Source: Dudresnaya verticillata
Taxonomy: Eukaryota
DNA: 64,000 bases
Direction of reading: 5' to 3'
NCBI GenBank assembly: GCA_977862235.1
Contig: OZ374560.1
Span: forward strand, 558,001-622,000
Positions 34,586 to 48,022 of the stretch are shown one piece after another (within the stretch, counting starts at the first letter, position 1; every line of letters starts with the position of its first letter). The notes beneath the pieces were generated by a model, which ran no database searches, had not been told where the DNA came from, and saw only the letters and a list, made by a program, of their open reading frames with translations. The position numbers and the translations under genes were made by a program.

Positions 34586-35891
34586 AAACTTTCCCTCTCC
34601 GAGCAGCCACCTGAAGGACGGCGTCGAAAAGCGGAGTCCGAGTTGCGCTGTCAGAATGATCATGAGTAAATTATGCAAGAGTTATGCACGTAGTGAATGC
34701 CGGCTTGAATAGCAAGCAAGTAGGAATTCCGTTGCAACCAATAAAAGCTTTTCCAACACACCGAGCTGCAACGTTGCTTGACAACTTATACTGTACGATG
34801 CGCTTTCCACCAAAAGAACAAACTTCTTGGAATACTTTGCCAAGTCTGTCGGAAGCATCTTCTCTGTTGTAGGCCTCTTCCTTGTCCGCTTGAGCAGCGG
34901 CTCCCCGCACCGCCTGCTCTCGCCCCGGGCCATCCTGAACAATCCGACCGCACGGATATTCCCGTCCGGTCGAAGGAAATGGCACACGCAATTTTTGATC
35001 CCGTGCTCCTTTCCACTGTGCACACCTACAACATTCGACGAACACACCGACCACGCGGTTTGATGATCAATTTGTATTGATGTGGCCAATTGCTCACGCC
35101 GACCGCCATTTTCCCGTCTCCTCCATCGTTATTCATGGCCTTCCCCCACCTCCCGTGCCTTCTTTACAGCGCGGCCGCGCACGCCACCACACCGGAGCTC
35201 ACACTTCTATAAGCTACAAACACTCGCGCGCCGGGTCATACGCGAGTTGATCCATCATGTTGCGATTATCGTCCTCCTTCGTCCCCCTCCTCCCGTCTCC
35301 CGGCCCCCCACAACCACCCCTCGCTCTCCTTCCCTGTGCTCTCTCCCTCTTCAACCCCCTCCCCTCCCCTATCAACCGCCAACACACCGCCGCCACACCA
35401 CCGCCGCACCGCCACACCGCCGCCACACGGCCACACCGCCGCCGCACCACCACACCGACGCCGCCTCGCACTTCCTGCCCCCCGACCGCGAGCATGATGA
35501 TGATGATGATGATGATGAGGGTGCTTCTGCGAGTCAGACCAGACTCTGCGCGCCCCTCCTGTAGACTTTTTTGTCAGGCCGCTCTCATGCCCCGAGCGGG
35601 GCCCTGTCGTTCGAGCCGTCCCGCTAGCCGACGACCCGCCCCGCCAGTCAACTACCCGCCCCGGCAGGCGACGAGCTGCCTGCCGATGCCCCGCCTCGCT
35701 ATTTTATGCCCCTCCTTGGGTACGCCTGCCCCGCTCGCTATACACAGACGCATTGCAGCATACTGTATATACAGTATGCACCCCGGCCCACCGCTGGACA
35801 CCCCGCTCGAGCACCCAACGCCCCGCTGACTGCCCCGCATGCTGTCCCTGCAGAAGACATTTATGAATATAAATATGTTGTAACAAGTTGA

Positions 35892-36578
35892 CTACTGTTT
35901 TGCTAGCCCTGCCACACTATCATGTGCAGTCGATCCCTTCTTCCCGCGGTGATCTCGGCGACGATTCTTCTTCCCCTTTCTCCCTGTGCGATGTTTATGT
36001 AAGCCACGGGATGCATTTTTCAGCTCTTCATTCAGAATCTCTTGGTGGTCAACCAACTCGGCAAGCTCGTACTTGGATTCGAACAAGACCTTCTTCGCAA
36101 GATATTCTGCCTTTCGAGGATACTAGGGACTAATGGCTGATACAAGATCCTTATGAAGTCCGGAGAAGGCCTCGTTTAGAAGCTTCTTGCTGAGATATTT
36201 CTCCTTATCGTTCTGCTGGACGCCTTCCTTATTCGATGTATACATCTTCAATGTCCTTGCGCACCAAGAATCGAACATATGGTAAAACGCGTCGTCTTCC
36301 TTGTCTTTTCTCCCTGTGGAAATCGGTGAACCCAAATATCCTTCTATTTAATCCTTCCGCCCAGCCGCTGTCTCCTTTCTGAGGTCGATTGATCCGTCAT
36401 GCTGCAACAACCCCTCGCCAACCCATCCAACACAGTCCTATGACCTATATTTGAGAGCTTCTCTGTGTATTCCAAGTCTCACCCTTACTTGATTAAGTTC
36501 TTCATTGAAATGTTCAAACGTCTTCGTCAACTCAAGCAGAAGAGGCGGCTACACCGACGTAGCCCGGAATGACGACAT
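35892..36578 (-). pseudogene. Decayed ~228-codon ORF of unknown function
   Basis: A single frame from the ATG at 36578 carries ORFs 36123-36335 and 35892-36086, with four internal stops and no frameshift. Lys/Glu-rich, with a basic C-terminus. Confidence 0.45.
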
Positions 36579-36736
36579 CTTCGCTCTTCGCTCCTCTCTG
36601 CCTACCTTCTCCTCAACGTGGATGTAATAGATGTACCTTGGACAACGTTGGTAGCACTGTGGCCACAAACACTCAAGGACGCATGAAAAATCCGCTGTCC
36701 TTTCTCTGCTGTCTGCTATTTAATTGGAGTTTATTG

Positions 36737-36826
36737 TTAGCTGCTAACAGTTAGAAACGTTTAGCTGCTAACAGTTGGAAACGTTTAGTTGCGAACAGTT
36801 GGAAACTGTTAGTATACGTTTCCAAC
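36737..36826. repeat. 3x 24-bp tandem repeat (ttagctgctaacagttggaaacgt) plus an inverted partial copy
   Basis: Units at 36737, 36761 and 36785. Inverted acgtttccaac at ~36816-36826. Confidence 0.85.
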
Positions 36827-37656
36827 CAACACTGCGAGCTCTAATTCGTCTTCCCAGGTCTTGTCCCACAGGTCCGGTCCAGAGCTGCCCCGACTGGACC
36901 ATGGGGCAAAACGGACCGGGGGCTGGGTGCGGGGGCAGGGTGTGGGGCTCCATGTGCCATCCGCTGGACTCCGCTGAATTGGTGGGTGGGGAGCGCCTAA
37001 CATGAAATAAAACGACGGATGTGAATGAGCCGCACCGGAGCGCGGCAACACTGCAAGACGTACACATGGATCAGGGTGTAAGGCGCTCGCAAAGCGCCTC
37101 GCGCTTTATGTTCTAGGCGCATTGCTGGCGTCACTGCTGGCGCCCATTTCATGGCGACTCACCATTGGGCAATGTTTTGCCTCCTTTAATGGCTCCCTGA
37201 TAGAGTCGCGCACGGATATTTTTGCGCGACAATTTTGGACCGCAGCCCTGACCCGTGTTCGTATGCGGGATTATGAAAGGAGGTAGACGCAGTAGACAGG
37301 TTTAGTCACGGCTACGCGCGCGTCACTCGCTAAAAGGAGGGGAAAGGGATCCAGCAAGGAAGATAGAGACTGGTCGGCGAAGTCGGAGGGCACAAAGTAG
37401 CCCCCCTGCAAGTCTAGGTTCAGTCCGTGCGCTTGCTTGTCTGGTGACCCTCGGTCCTGGAGGATGCGTCGGGGGGCATGGGCTTTTATTCCGCGCGCCC
37501 GCGATCGGTCGCCAGTTTGCCCGCGTGGACGCCGAAGCCCAACTCAAAAATTCCACTTATTTGAATAAATCATCTATTTTCGGCCCATTTCGCGTCTTCA
37601 CTCCGACACTCCCCCCATTGCCGCACCGCGTGTTCGGCGGGAAGGGGCACGTGCAC

Positions 37657-40383
37657 TGTAATGCAATCGCGCGGTCGCGCATTCATATTGTAGCAATATA
37701 GCACCGGCCAGGAACAGCACATACCAAAAGAGGACAGCTAACCGGCAGCACTCGCTATGCGGTAGTAGGTAGTGGGAGGTTAGTAGAGGTTTAGTAAGGG
37801 GACAGGCCCAGATGGCCCGAAAGGGGGATGCGGAAGGGCAGTAAATACTCGGCGCGACCCGCTAAAAGACGTTGTGGTGAAGTGAGCTTCGGCATCCGAG
37901 GTGGTGGAACTGCATATACTGCGGCCTGTACCGTTTTGGGACGTGTGAACGTGTGCCCGTATCGGTTTTGTGGGACTTTCTGTGTGCTGGCGTTCATTGC
38001 TCTGCAGCAGTGGAGCGCATCAACCGTAGCGGAGTGTTTGCAGTGTTTAGTCTTTCACTTTTTGTGAGTCTGTGACAGTGCGTAGAGTAGCAACCAGACA
38101 ATGATAATACTGCGCATTTCCGTGTCGGAGATTGGGACCAGCACGGCCGATTCCACCACGGGTCCAGACCACTAGGGTCTGGCCCACACGGGCCGCACTG
38201 CTCATTGGCACCCTGAGTTGTACATCAGGGCGTCACCGCAGCGGCTCCTAGGGTGAACGGGCAAGAAAACCTTGGGCCTCAATCTCCCTCTAGCCCTTGT
38301 CCTTTACGATTTTCCCGGGCTGAGCCCGTTCCGGCCTACCACTACCACCGTTATGGAGTCTGTCCCGGCAATTGTACAACCCCCTCCTGTTGGATCCCAA
38401 TATCCGTTACGGTAAGCCGTTTTCTGTTCTCCCCTCTCGGTGCGAACTTCTCTACCACCCGTGGAGGTAATATCACTCTCGTCCCGTGAAGGAAAGTCAG
38501 CTCAGCTGTCCGTTACGGAAGTTCATGAGTTTTCATTATACCCCAGAAGTATAAAGGTTGCGATCTGTTGGGTTACAAAGGCTTGTCTTGTCATGTCTAG
38601 GCCCGTACTAGGCAACCCCTGCATGCGCGGAGCCTCCGAACGAGCAAAAGATTTCCCGAACAATTCTGCTGAGTTTGTATTCTGAGAGCGCCGGCTATTC
38701 TGTTGCCCATAAGTAGGGCTTGACAGCGGAAACGTGTATCAGCCCGAAAGGGGGTCTACGTTAGTCTAGGATCATAGTTAGTAACATTAGTACTGTCAGT
38801 ACAGGATAAAAATGGGAATGCGTCCCAGTAAGGGTAATTGTTGGCGGAAGCGCCGGCGTCCAAGCCGAGCCCGGGTCTCGACTGCATTGTCGAAACCTTG
38901 AGCACGGGAGTGCTCCTCATCCATGCGTAGGAGCGCAACGGTGCTTAATAGATCAGCCAATCCAAGGCGTCCAATTGGCGGCACTGTAAGGTCACTTGTA
39001 ACCCAGGTGTACAGCTATGAAAGGAAATCTGCTCTGATTAAGGGACAGTCTGCCCTGCAGTGAGGAGGTCCGCTCCTGTAAGCCCTGCTGCTGACAGCGT
39101 CCATTCTGCCACACATAACTGGGCCCTTCTGACGCTGCGTGGCAATACTTTAGCACACTCTGCTTACTCTGTTTCATCCAGGGTGTGATCTACCTTGGAG
39201 TTGTGCCTCGCTTCAAAACAACCCCGCGTACGCCTTTTTCCCCCACTGCATAACGCAGTACTGCTTGCTGCGTCATCAGGGCGGCCTGTCCGGAACCCAG
39301 TTGAGAGAGCCGAGGGACGTCTCGACGGCACAGCTGGCCGTGCGCGTGTCGCGCGGTACCATGCCGCTGTATGTTTGCGTGCGCCGTGTCCAGGCTACTT
39401 GCATTGGAACATTCATAGTTGACGCTGATGACCATGGACGTAGTATCACCCTTACCAAGCATGCGTTTCTTTCCCGAATCAAGGGGGCGCTCGGTGTCAA
39501 AGAATCACTGTGCCAGCACCTGGCACACGTTCCCGATCAGTCCTTCAGCCTACGCAAGCTAACACACCTCGGGTTCATCGATGCCTTGTACCACTTTGCA
39601 GACAACCATAGCGTTCGTGCTTTGTATGGCGTGCGGCGTCTTCATATGACAGACCGCGGACGCATAGAAGCTTCACCGTATTCTCAAGATGGTCGTTTCT
39701 TCAAGACACCGTTCTTCTGTACTACGCCAATCTTGTGTCCACCCACCACCGAGGCGTTCAGCGACCTCTATATGCAACAAGCAAATCAAGCTGGCGCTAT
39801 AACCAACCTGACGTGGTATCTAGTCAGCCTACAAGCCTACATGTAAAACGTACTTGCTGACTGCTCCCGCGATCCAGGTGAGGTCTTCCACCTTGACCCT
39901 TAGTTCGTAACCTTGAGTGTTTCCGTGTCTTGAACAAAAGGCCTTTCGGGCATGCGTCCCATGGAGAGACTCTTGCTGCGCGATTGTGAACGCGATATTT
40001 TCTTATGCAGACTATGGTGTCGATTATGCATATGGGATGATGCAGGCGACAACCTGGGATGCCAACAACGGCTCTACCTTTTGAGATGCACAGCACTGGC
40101 TCGAGGTCAACGTAAGCCAGTTTACTTTTTCGAGATCGGACCTTCGCCACGTCTTTGACTGTGATCGAAGGGGCATCTTAATCATTCGCCTTGTCGCTGT
40201 TGACTCTTGTGGCGACCCGACAGTTCAGTTCATCGTTGCTGATAGAAATCGCTCCATCATTTTTGATTCTCGTGAGAAGACAGCACTCCGTATTGATCTT
40301 GATGCGGTCATGAGCTTTATTTCTGTCGGCGTGTCTTCCTGTTAAGTAGATCAAGTGTGCAGACTTCCGCTTCAAGCGCAAGG
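37657..40383 (-). mobile_element. 3' part of a decayed gypsy element (H): LTR ~37657-38378, PPT, long 3' region, integrase C-terminal remnant
   Basis: TGTA...TACA ends. Minus-strand PPT aggagggggt at ~38379-38388. LTR core homologous to 54419-55362. RIKNDGAISI at 40178-40381 resembles the integrase C-terminus of element B. Confidence 0.55.
39265..39846 (+). CDS. Hypothetical ORF antisense to element H (193 codons, first ATG at 39361)
   Basis: Open frame with ordinary protein-like composition in an otherwise decayed region. No domain recognised. Confidence 0.3.
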   Translation: MLRHQGGLSGTQLREPRDVSTAQLAVRVSRGTMPLYVCVRRVQATCIGTFIVDADDHGRSITLTKHAFLSRIKGALGVKESLCQHLAHVPDQSFSLRKLTHLGFIDALYHFADNHSVRALYGVRRLHMTDRGRIEASPYSQDGRFFKTPFFCTTPILCPPTTEAFSDLYMQQANQAGAITNLTWYLVSLQAYM

Positions 40384-40559
40384 TGTAAATTGGAAGAAAA
40401 GGAGGAACCTGAGATCAAGTAAAAGAAGGGGTTTGGCGTAGACAGCATACTGTACTCGAGTAAACGCGTGGTCTACTGTATTTGGCATTTTTGACATTGA
40501 CGCACTTGTATGGCTTGGGAAGTGTGTTGACAGTCAAGATTGATATGCTGTCCTTCCTT

Positions 40560-43500
40560 TAAGGTCGCGGCTGTGAGTTATCCAATCGGCAAGGCCTTGT
40601 TTAGCTTCTCGTACGTTGACAATTTCCTCTTCGTTAACGCATCGGCAAGATTCTCAAGACCTGGTATCCACAGCATGGTGTCTATCTCTCCTTTATAGAA
40701 GTAGGCACGCATTCTGGCGACGTTCGGTCGCAGACGGACGTCTGTGCCCTAGTGAAATGTCTTGATTATTTGGTAAAACCCATGGAAGTCGATCGATAGT
40801 ACGAAGGGTATCTGGAGTAGTTGATGTCGTTGATGCACTCTGTCATCAAAGAACCTCTGTCGGTGTATTCCACTGCTGCTAGTACCTCCGCACCTATCGA
40901 CAAGAACGATACTCTTGCTTGTTTACCGGACAACCAATCGATGTTGCGGTAGATGCGCACTCCCCCGCTGTCAGGTATATCCCGGAAACGTAACCTGTCT
41001 GCCCATACGAACCTGCACCTTGGTAGCTATTGATGGCAACATTCTCCGGGTATTGGTACGTGATCGACTGCTCAAGTCTCTTCAGTTCAGCAAGACACTT
41101 GTTGCCTGTGACCAGATGCGATGCCGTAAGTCTTCCGAGCTGTTGCGGAAGATGTCTGGCGGCGAAAGAAGCTTGCGGACGGATACCTTGTCCAAGGAAT
41201 AACAATGCTCCGGCCATTGCTTGGTATATATGTGTCTCTGTCAGGGTACACAACGTTTCCTGTTGCTTGCGACGTAACGGTGGGATTTAAAGCGTCTGAT
41301 CTTACCCATGTACTATTGCATGTTGATCTTGATTGTTCCATCATCCATCCTGTGAACGTGGAGACTGTTGAACACTAAGTCTTTGTCGATCATGAAAGGG
41401 CCCACCTTGAATCGCTTTTAAATACGCTCCTTGAAGTTTTTGATGGCCCCTCGCGTTCCTGCCAACAGAAAGTCATCAACAACTTTCGCAATCAGGAGCA
41501 CCATCTTCTGATCGGTATCTAGCTTAATGAAGAGTTGCGGCAAACCTTTAACTGGTATTATTCCTTCACCGTTAACCCATTTCTCAACTCTGAGCTGCCA
41601 AAGGTTTCCTGACTCTGAATTTCCATACAGTGCTTTCAAGATGTGCGAAACCATGCTGGGTACTGATGCCCAACCTTTTGGTGGATACATGTACACAGTA
41701 CGTGAAAATCCTTCTGCCTGTGGATAGTCACTCTTGATGTCCAAAGAAGCTAAGTGACCTGTAGTATGGCTGCAAAGGACAGAAGCAACCCGATAATGGG
41801 GAACTGAGCTGTGGACGAGTCCTTCGCATCGCGTCCTTGTGCATATCTCGGTTATCATGAGGAACCAAATGGCACTTCAGCTTCCGTTTTCCCGCTTCTC
41901 TGTCTGCGTTTAGCTGGAAGAATTGGTGGGACGATATGAGGCAAGGACTTGATTGGCACTTCCTTGTATGCATCTTGATCAGCGTAGTTCTTTCGCTCAT
42001 TGTCAATGGCCTTGTATAGTATCCAGCGAGGAGCGAATTCAAGCAGCGATTATAAGACTACCTTGTCACCAATGACGTCGTGTATCTGCTTCAGCAATTG
42101 CTGCTCTTGAGACTTCAGCGTGTGGGGAAGATTTCGAGGTGCAGTTATTGCTACCTTACCCACGTCTTTCTCCGGTCTTGTTGGTGCCTATGCTTTGTTG
42201 ATCGTTCCTTCCTTGGAAGTGATGTGGGCACTTTGCCGAACATTTCCTTGCATCTCTTCAGTACAATTTCACCTAACCAGCTACTGAGAGGTTCAACTTC
42301 CTTGGATGAATTGCAGTAAGGAATTATGTTGTGGTTGGATACTTTGACCATGCTGCTGGTTCTTCCGTGGCATATCTCAGCTTATCAACGATCTCATTCA
42401 CCCTTGTCATGTCAACCTCATCGTGATAATCAAGCAGGTATTCTCTCTCTGCTTCTGTGTTCACCTCTGGCGAAGTAGGAACAGGCAACTTTGCTTCAAC
42501 AAGTTCCTTGTCAACATATTTGGGTTACACGGCTTCCGCTTCAATTTCGCCTTCTTTGTCAGTGTTCAGTTCTTCATCGCGAACGATTTCGTGTGAACGT
42601 GGGTAAAACGCACCTATTGCACCCAATTCAAGAACCAACGAAGTTTTCTACGCTGTCCAACCGTCTTCGTATGCAGCCTTGATTGGCTTTCCGACATGTC
42701 CCTTCTGTGACGGGATGAGCAATATGTGAGGTTCTGCACCTCTGACGTAGCCTTTGCACCAGGAACCGGCTTTTCCGGTTGCTGTGCACTGGCAGTAGTA
42801 CACAATGTCGTGCTTCTTGAACTCATCAATCGATGGTGGGTTTGGAATATGGCCTCTGTGCACCTTTTGGATCGCACGGCGATTGACTTGCTCTTTATGT
42901 GCTTTGATTAGGGCGTCACCAACAGGAGACTGAGGGATGCGAACAATCTTCGGATGACACCTCTTAACCATCTCGAAACTACTGAGTGTTTTGCTCCCGT
43001 ACATGATGTTGCTAAGGTACATGGCTCGGGACAGGATCTCATCCTTATGGACCTCGAAACCACGAGTGTGCCTAGCGTACTCTGCATTTTTCAATGGTAT
43101 ATCGGAAGAAGATGTTTCTATGGGCGCGCATGAGCGCTGGAGCCGAGGAGTCCGCCGACTGTATGTGTACAGTAATGCCACGGACGACATTCATCGACTG
43201 GTCGGGGAAGGGTCAGATACCGAAATGCGCCGGCCGAGGGCCGACGCGAGGGGAGCCGAGGGCGAACGTTTCTGGACCTCGGCGGCGCACCGGCAGGCCG
43301 CGGAAGCGGCGGCGCGACCGCAGTACTTCACAGCGGAGACTCTCCTCGAGGCCCGAAGGCCCGAGGCAGCTCGGTTCCTTGCTTTGTTTACCCACCCCCC
43401 ACCCCTGACAACAGTTTATCTTAGCATGTAGTTAGCGTATCGACAGTCTAAGGAGGCCAGGCAGGGCGGCTCAAGATGGTTAGTCGAGCCGAGCACTGCA

Positions 43501-46030
43501 GGCTAGCCTGGGAATCTGCGCTGGCAGAATAAAACAATGCAAATCTGGTCCTTGGGTTTGAAGAGAAGAAGCGCCACGTCAGAAGATCTTTTGTGCAATC
43601 ATGCGAATCACGGTTTTCTTTCTTTCAACCACTCCAAGCTTGTTGCGCCTTCGGGCTGGCCTCGGCTCAAATGCGATTTCTAAGAAGCCAAGCGATTCTT
43701 GGAAAGACTTGTTGAAGAACTCAGGGTCACCTTATACCTTCCATGGGGGTCCGTGGTCGCTGATCCAAATGGATTCAAATGCTGCAGCAGCTACCTTCAT
43801 CCTTATGGTCATGACATTGGCTGTCTCCGACAAAGCTGTATGAACATCAACCATTTTCAGTATAGGGTCGTTGTCCCTCTCAGACAGGAAGGTATAGTCC
43901 AGCTGGATATGGCTGTTGAACTTCGAGTAGATCTTTCCAAACGATATCTTGCGACTATTACCGGGCCTCCCCACTGTCTTATAATATGTGCAACGATCGT
44001 ACACGGTGTGGAGCGCTTGCTTGAGACCTGGGGAAAACACACCTCCGTGCTTTCATAACTTTATCAGGTCATCTCTTGATAGGTGCGAGTAACCATGCCA
44101 CTTTGCAGAGAACCCCTTGCAGCAAACCGCCTTGCAACTTTCCCATTGGTGAACAGCTTCTTCAAGTCTTCGCTCGTCCTATGCTGGATGGCTGAGCGGA
44201 CGTCCTGGGATGAGAATTACCACTTGAACGACGGACGACGTTTTAGCTGGCACAAACATTAGATAAGTCGGAACCGCCTCTAATTTAGGAGACCGGTGCT
44301 CTCGGGGTAAATCAGAAGGTATACATCCTTCTATGCAAGTACTTGTACTTTCTTGGTATCTGGATGGGATTCTCGGACCCAGGCACGTTTGACTTATCGA
44401 AGATCTCATTCCCGAGTACTATGAACCCATCTCCAGGCGTTACATAGAAAGGGATCCACATGAACTCCGTATATGTCCGCCATTGGAAGGTTCTAGATTC
44501 CGCACACGATTTCGGCGTCACTGCAGTTCTTCCCCTATCCGTGGAGGAAAGGTTCTCAGTCAAGAGGCTCGAGCTTGAACGCGATTCCGATTGCTTTGCA
44601 CAACCACTTGGAAGATGAGATGCTGCCTACACTTCGAGGACACCCTTTGTCGATGATTGGGTTTGGGTCTTCCCCGGTTGGGAGAATGTCTGACTTCGCC
44701 CCAGGGGGAGCTATGAAACTGGATTGTCTCTATGGCGTCTGGGACCCCGTTGAAAATGCTGTGTATCGTCTTTGTGGTGAGAGTCGTTATTCTCCTTTTC
44801 TTTATCGTCTGCATCCTGAGATACATCAGTCATCTTTTCGCAGATCGTATCTCCTACGTAGTGACCTGCCTTCCCACGGGCATAGCACTTGCCTTTGACC
44901 CTCTCACAGAATCCAGTACCTGGACGACCACCTCGTCCACGACCTCAACCACGTCCACAGCCGCTGTAGTAGTTTCCAATTGGCGTGTAGAGAAGTGCAG
45001 AGCTGCTTCCGGTTCCACTTTGGCTTGCTCACATGGACCTGTGCATGTTCCTTTGCTCTGCATGGATCCACTGGATCTGGCGCCTGAAACACTCATACAC
45101 CTCCGTTCTTATGGTATTGTCAGCCTTCCTAGCCTGAGCCATGTTGCGGACTATGGTAGCTGCATCTTGTAAGTCGATCATCATTTGATGGGGACTTGAA
45201 AAATGCGACGATTGATGGCTCGTCTTCCTGGTCAGCATTCGACAACAGCTTCTGGATATCTTCTTTGCATAAGTCAACACTTTCCGCCCTGTCCTTCAGT
45301 TGCTGTTCACGATGAGTCCATGCTATCTCGCGACTACCAGACTGTCTGGAGTGCGTAGGGGGCGGATCTGGAATGGAGTTTGCTTCGGATATCTTACCTA
45401 TCTCCTCGATATTCTCTAAGATTGGCTTAATGGATGTCAGAGGACGGGTCTTGTGCTCTTCAGTTCGTCTACGATGCTGTTCAAAACACTGTTTCGATAA
45501 CGAGACCAGTTCCATCTCGGCGTTTGTGGGCGTAGCCTCGATCAGGTCTGCATTGTTCAACGGGTTTATCTAGAGAACTTGCCCAACTTGTGATGCAGGT
45601 GACGCGTTGGCGTACATAAGATGCTTGGCTGCAAGACCACGGTATAGATCAAAGAAGGAAGCTAGGGTCTCATTCTTCTGACGACGACAATCCGCAAGAT
45701 CTTGGAGTGGCTTGCTGCGTCTAGTGACCCTGAACACTGGCTGTTCCTTAGCGATAAGGTTGAAGACTTCTAGGGCACCCTGGACAGCGTCACTTGGAAT
45801 GGGGAAGTCGATTTCTTTGCGCTCCTTAGCTACATAGACTACGATCTTCTGAGATGGCGTCAGGGACTCGACGTAGAGCGTATGGGCTAGGATCGTGTGC
45901 TGGGTCTTGCGGTAAGACGCCAACACCCGGAGCTGGGCTTGTAGGCTTCGCGGACTTCAAAATACAACCCTCAGTCTTGGAGTTACGGTAATCCTGTCGA
46001 AAAGAAACGTGGCGGCGTTATATCATGGAG
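40560..46030 (-). mobile_element. Decayed Ty1/copia retrotransposon internal region (gag-PR-IN-RT-RNase H order)
   Basis: Integrase (HIQLDYTFL...WISDHGPP...VVERKN) lies upstream of RT (KCHLVPHDNRD, LDIKSDY, LKALYG, VVDDFLLAG) and RNase H (WIPGLENLADALTK). LTRs not identified. Confidence 0.85.
43093..43578. mobile_element. ~490-bp unclassified insertion splitting the copia integrase
   Basis: The integrase reads ...RMIAQ on one side and LKNAEYARH... on the other. The intervening DNA is GC-richer and unrelated. Boundaries approximate. Confidence 0.5.
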
Positions 46031-47259
46031 TCATACGGGGCAAAACCGCGGTGGTCCTTATTAGCTTCAATGTTAAATAGATGCTGTTAATATACAGTAG
46101 TACAATACTGCCGCAGTTACTACATACAAGGACAACCACACACGGAGATACAAGACAATTCAAAGGATGTTTATACGGCGGGCTTCAAGTTACCCATGAG
46201 GTTCCAATACCAAGACTATCAACTGATATATTGAAAGCTTCGCCTTTGGCTACTCGACATCGCCCGAGATCGATGATTCAAGGAGACGGGCTGGAAAGGA
46301 GAAACGAGACGAGCCACCACCAGGTAGCAACTCTATGAGGCGCCTCACGAAGAACCGCCAGGCCGGCCATCTCCGTAGGAAAGACCATGCTGATAGGAAG
46401 CCCGGTGACCATTGGCTGTGACACCTGATAGGTAGAAATTCCAGCCCTGGTCCCCCTGGGCTTCTCAACCCTAACCACAGCGGTAACATCCGTCGCAATA
46501 AACGTTGACGGTTGAAATTATTGAGCTGTCCCCTGAAGGTTCAGTGTCAGCGGGTCGCCAGGTTGGGATTTCGCTGCTTGCGCAGAAACCGCAGGGGCCT
46601 CGACTTCTGTCTGCGGCTTTAGGTCCCTTTTAACAAGTACTTCTGGGGTCCCAACTGGTTCACTTGAATGTTACCCATCTGAGTCACCGCAAGAAGTAAC
46701 CAGTTGATAAGCGCCTCATTGGAAACAAATTCATAAATCGCATCGAAGGCATCCTAAAGGGTCTCCGGAACCGGTATCAAGGCCGCGCGATCGCTAGTAT
46801 AACAATATGGGTTGCCCGCACTGGCATTGCTGGACGCTCCACACTCATCTGCCTAACGGTCTCTGGTGCCTCACCTCGAGTAGGAGTGTTTCGAAACGCC
46901 CCGATTCCACGACGCCTGGAGATGACATGACCCGCGTCACAATCTCCTCCACAAACAATCGGAAAATCCCCTTAGGTGGGTGCTTCTTCCTCTGCTTCAC
47001 CCATTTGGTCCCCATGGAGTTTGGTACAACGTCGCCACACTCGCGATGACTACTATATGATGACGCAAAGGAGTAGCACGGGAGACCCAGACGGGTATCT
47101 GCGATGTGAGACCTACTAGAACGGTGCCAGACATCGGAAACCTCTGGGTTATACGCGACACACACCTCTCCGGCACCCCATTTAAAAATTTTCCGTAGGG
47201 GCTAGGATACCAGCCATCTAAGGTACTCCCTCGCAAATATGGTCAACCCTAAGGGTTCC

Positions 47260-48022
47260 TGTACTATAGCTATCAGCACACTATCAGCAGCGGCTGTAAG
47301 GTATGCTGGCAGCCCCGCACTGTAATGGCGCACAGGATGACGCCCGCTGGCGAGTCGTGGTTGGGCGGCGTGCCCTTAGTTTTTTCGTTGATTTAGTAGC
47401 GGTCGACGGCATTGGTGCCGGCAGCGGCCGCGCGCTGTCCCGCACACGGCGCGCCCCAGAGACGCTCTCCGGCATCGAGCCGTTGAGAGGGCCGCTGCCC
47501 GTTCCGCCCCCCGCGCGCCCACGGGTAGCCGTTACCCGGACGCGTCGACACGTGTATGGGCGCGCGCTCGTACACCTCCCGCGTTGGTGTTGTGGGGCGC
47601 ACCTACTGTAGAGTAGCTTTAGTGTACATAGCGTAGGGTATTTAAGGCCGTCGGCCATCGACGGCTCAATAAACCGGGCAAGCAACAGCTCGCGCTGCAG
47701 CTTGCCCGCAGGCTCTTCGGGTTCGATCCCTTTTCCTTACGCCAGCGGGCGGTTTCCCTTTTTCGCTTGCCTCGCTAGGCTTTTCCCCTTTCCTTTTCAT
47801 TTCCGTCGGCTTCGTGCCGAAATTCGACAGGGACGCTGGGATCTGCCCGCGTACGGTACGCCCCGTGCGCGCTCCGGCATCGACGCCGTCGATCCGCACC
47901 TGCGGGGGCGCACGCGGCCGACACCGCTCTACCACACAAAACAGCCACCCATCGACGGGTCTGTGTGGCGGCTTCGGACCAGCGAGTATTAGACGCCGGA
48001 TCGACCCGACGTCTATACTACA
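47260..48022 (+). mobile_element. Solo LTR, family D (second copy), without TSD
   Basis: Collinear with 16590-17362. Ends TGTACTATAG...CTATACTACA. Flanks gttcc and ccgat do not match. Confidence 0.9.

Noticed and set aside
36737..36826. 24-bp repeats as a CRISPR array
   Set aside because: The units are directly adjacent with no unique spacers.
40384..40531. TGTAAA...TTGACA segment as the 3' LTR of the copia element
   Set aside because: No matching second copy found near 46 kb, and no convincing PBS or TSD.
46200..47259. Decayed coding-like sequence left of the second D LTR
   Set aside because: No recognisable motif, so it could not be assigned.
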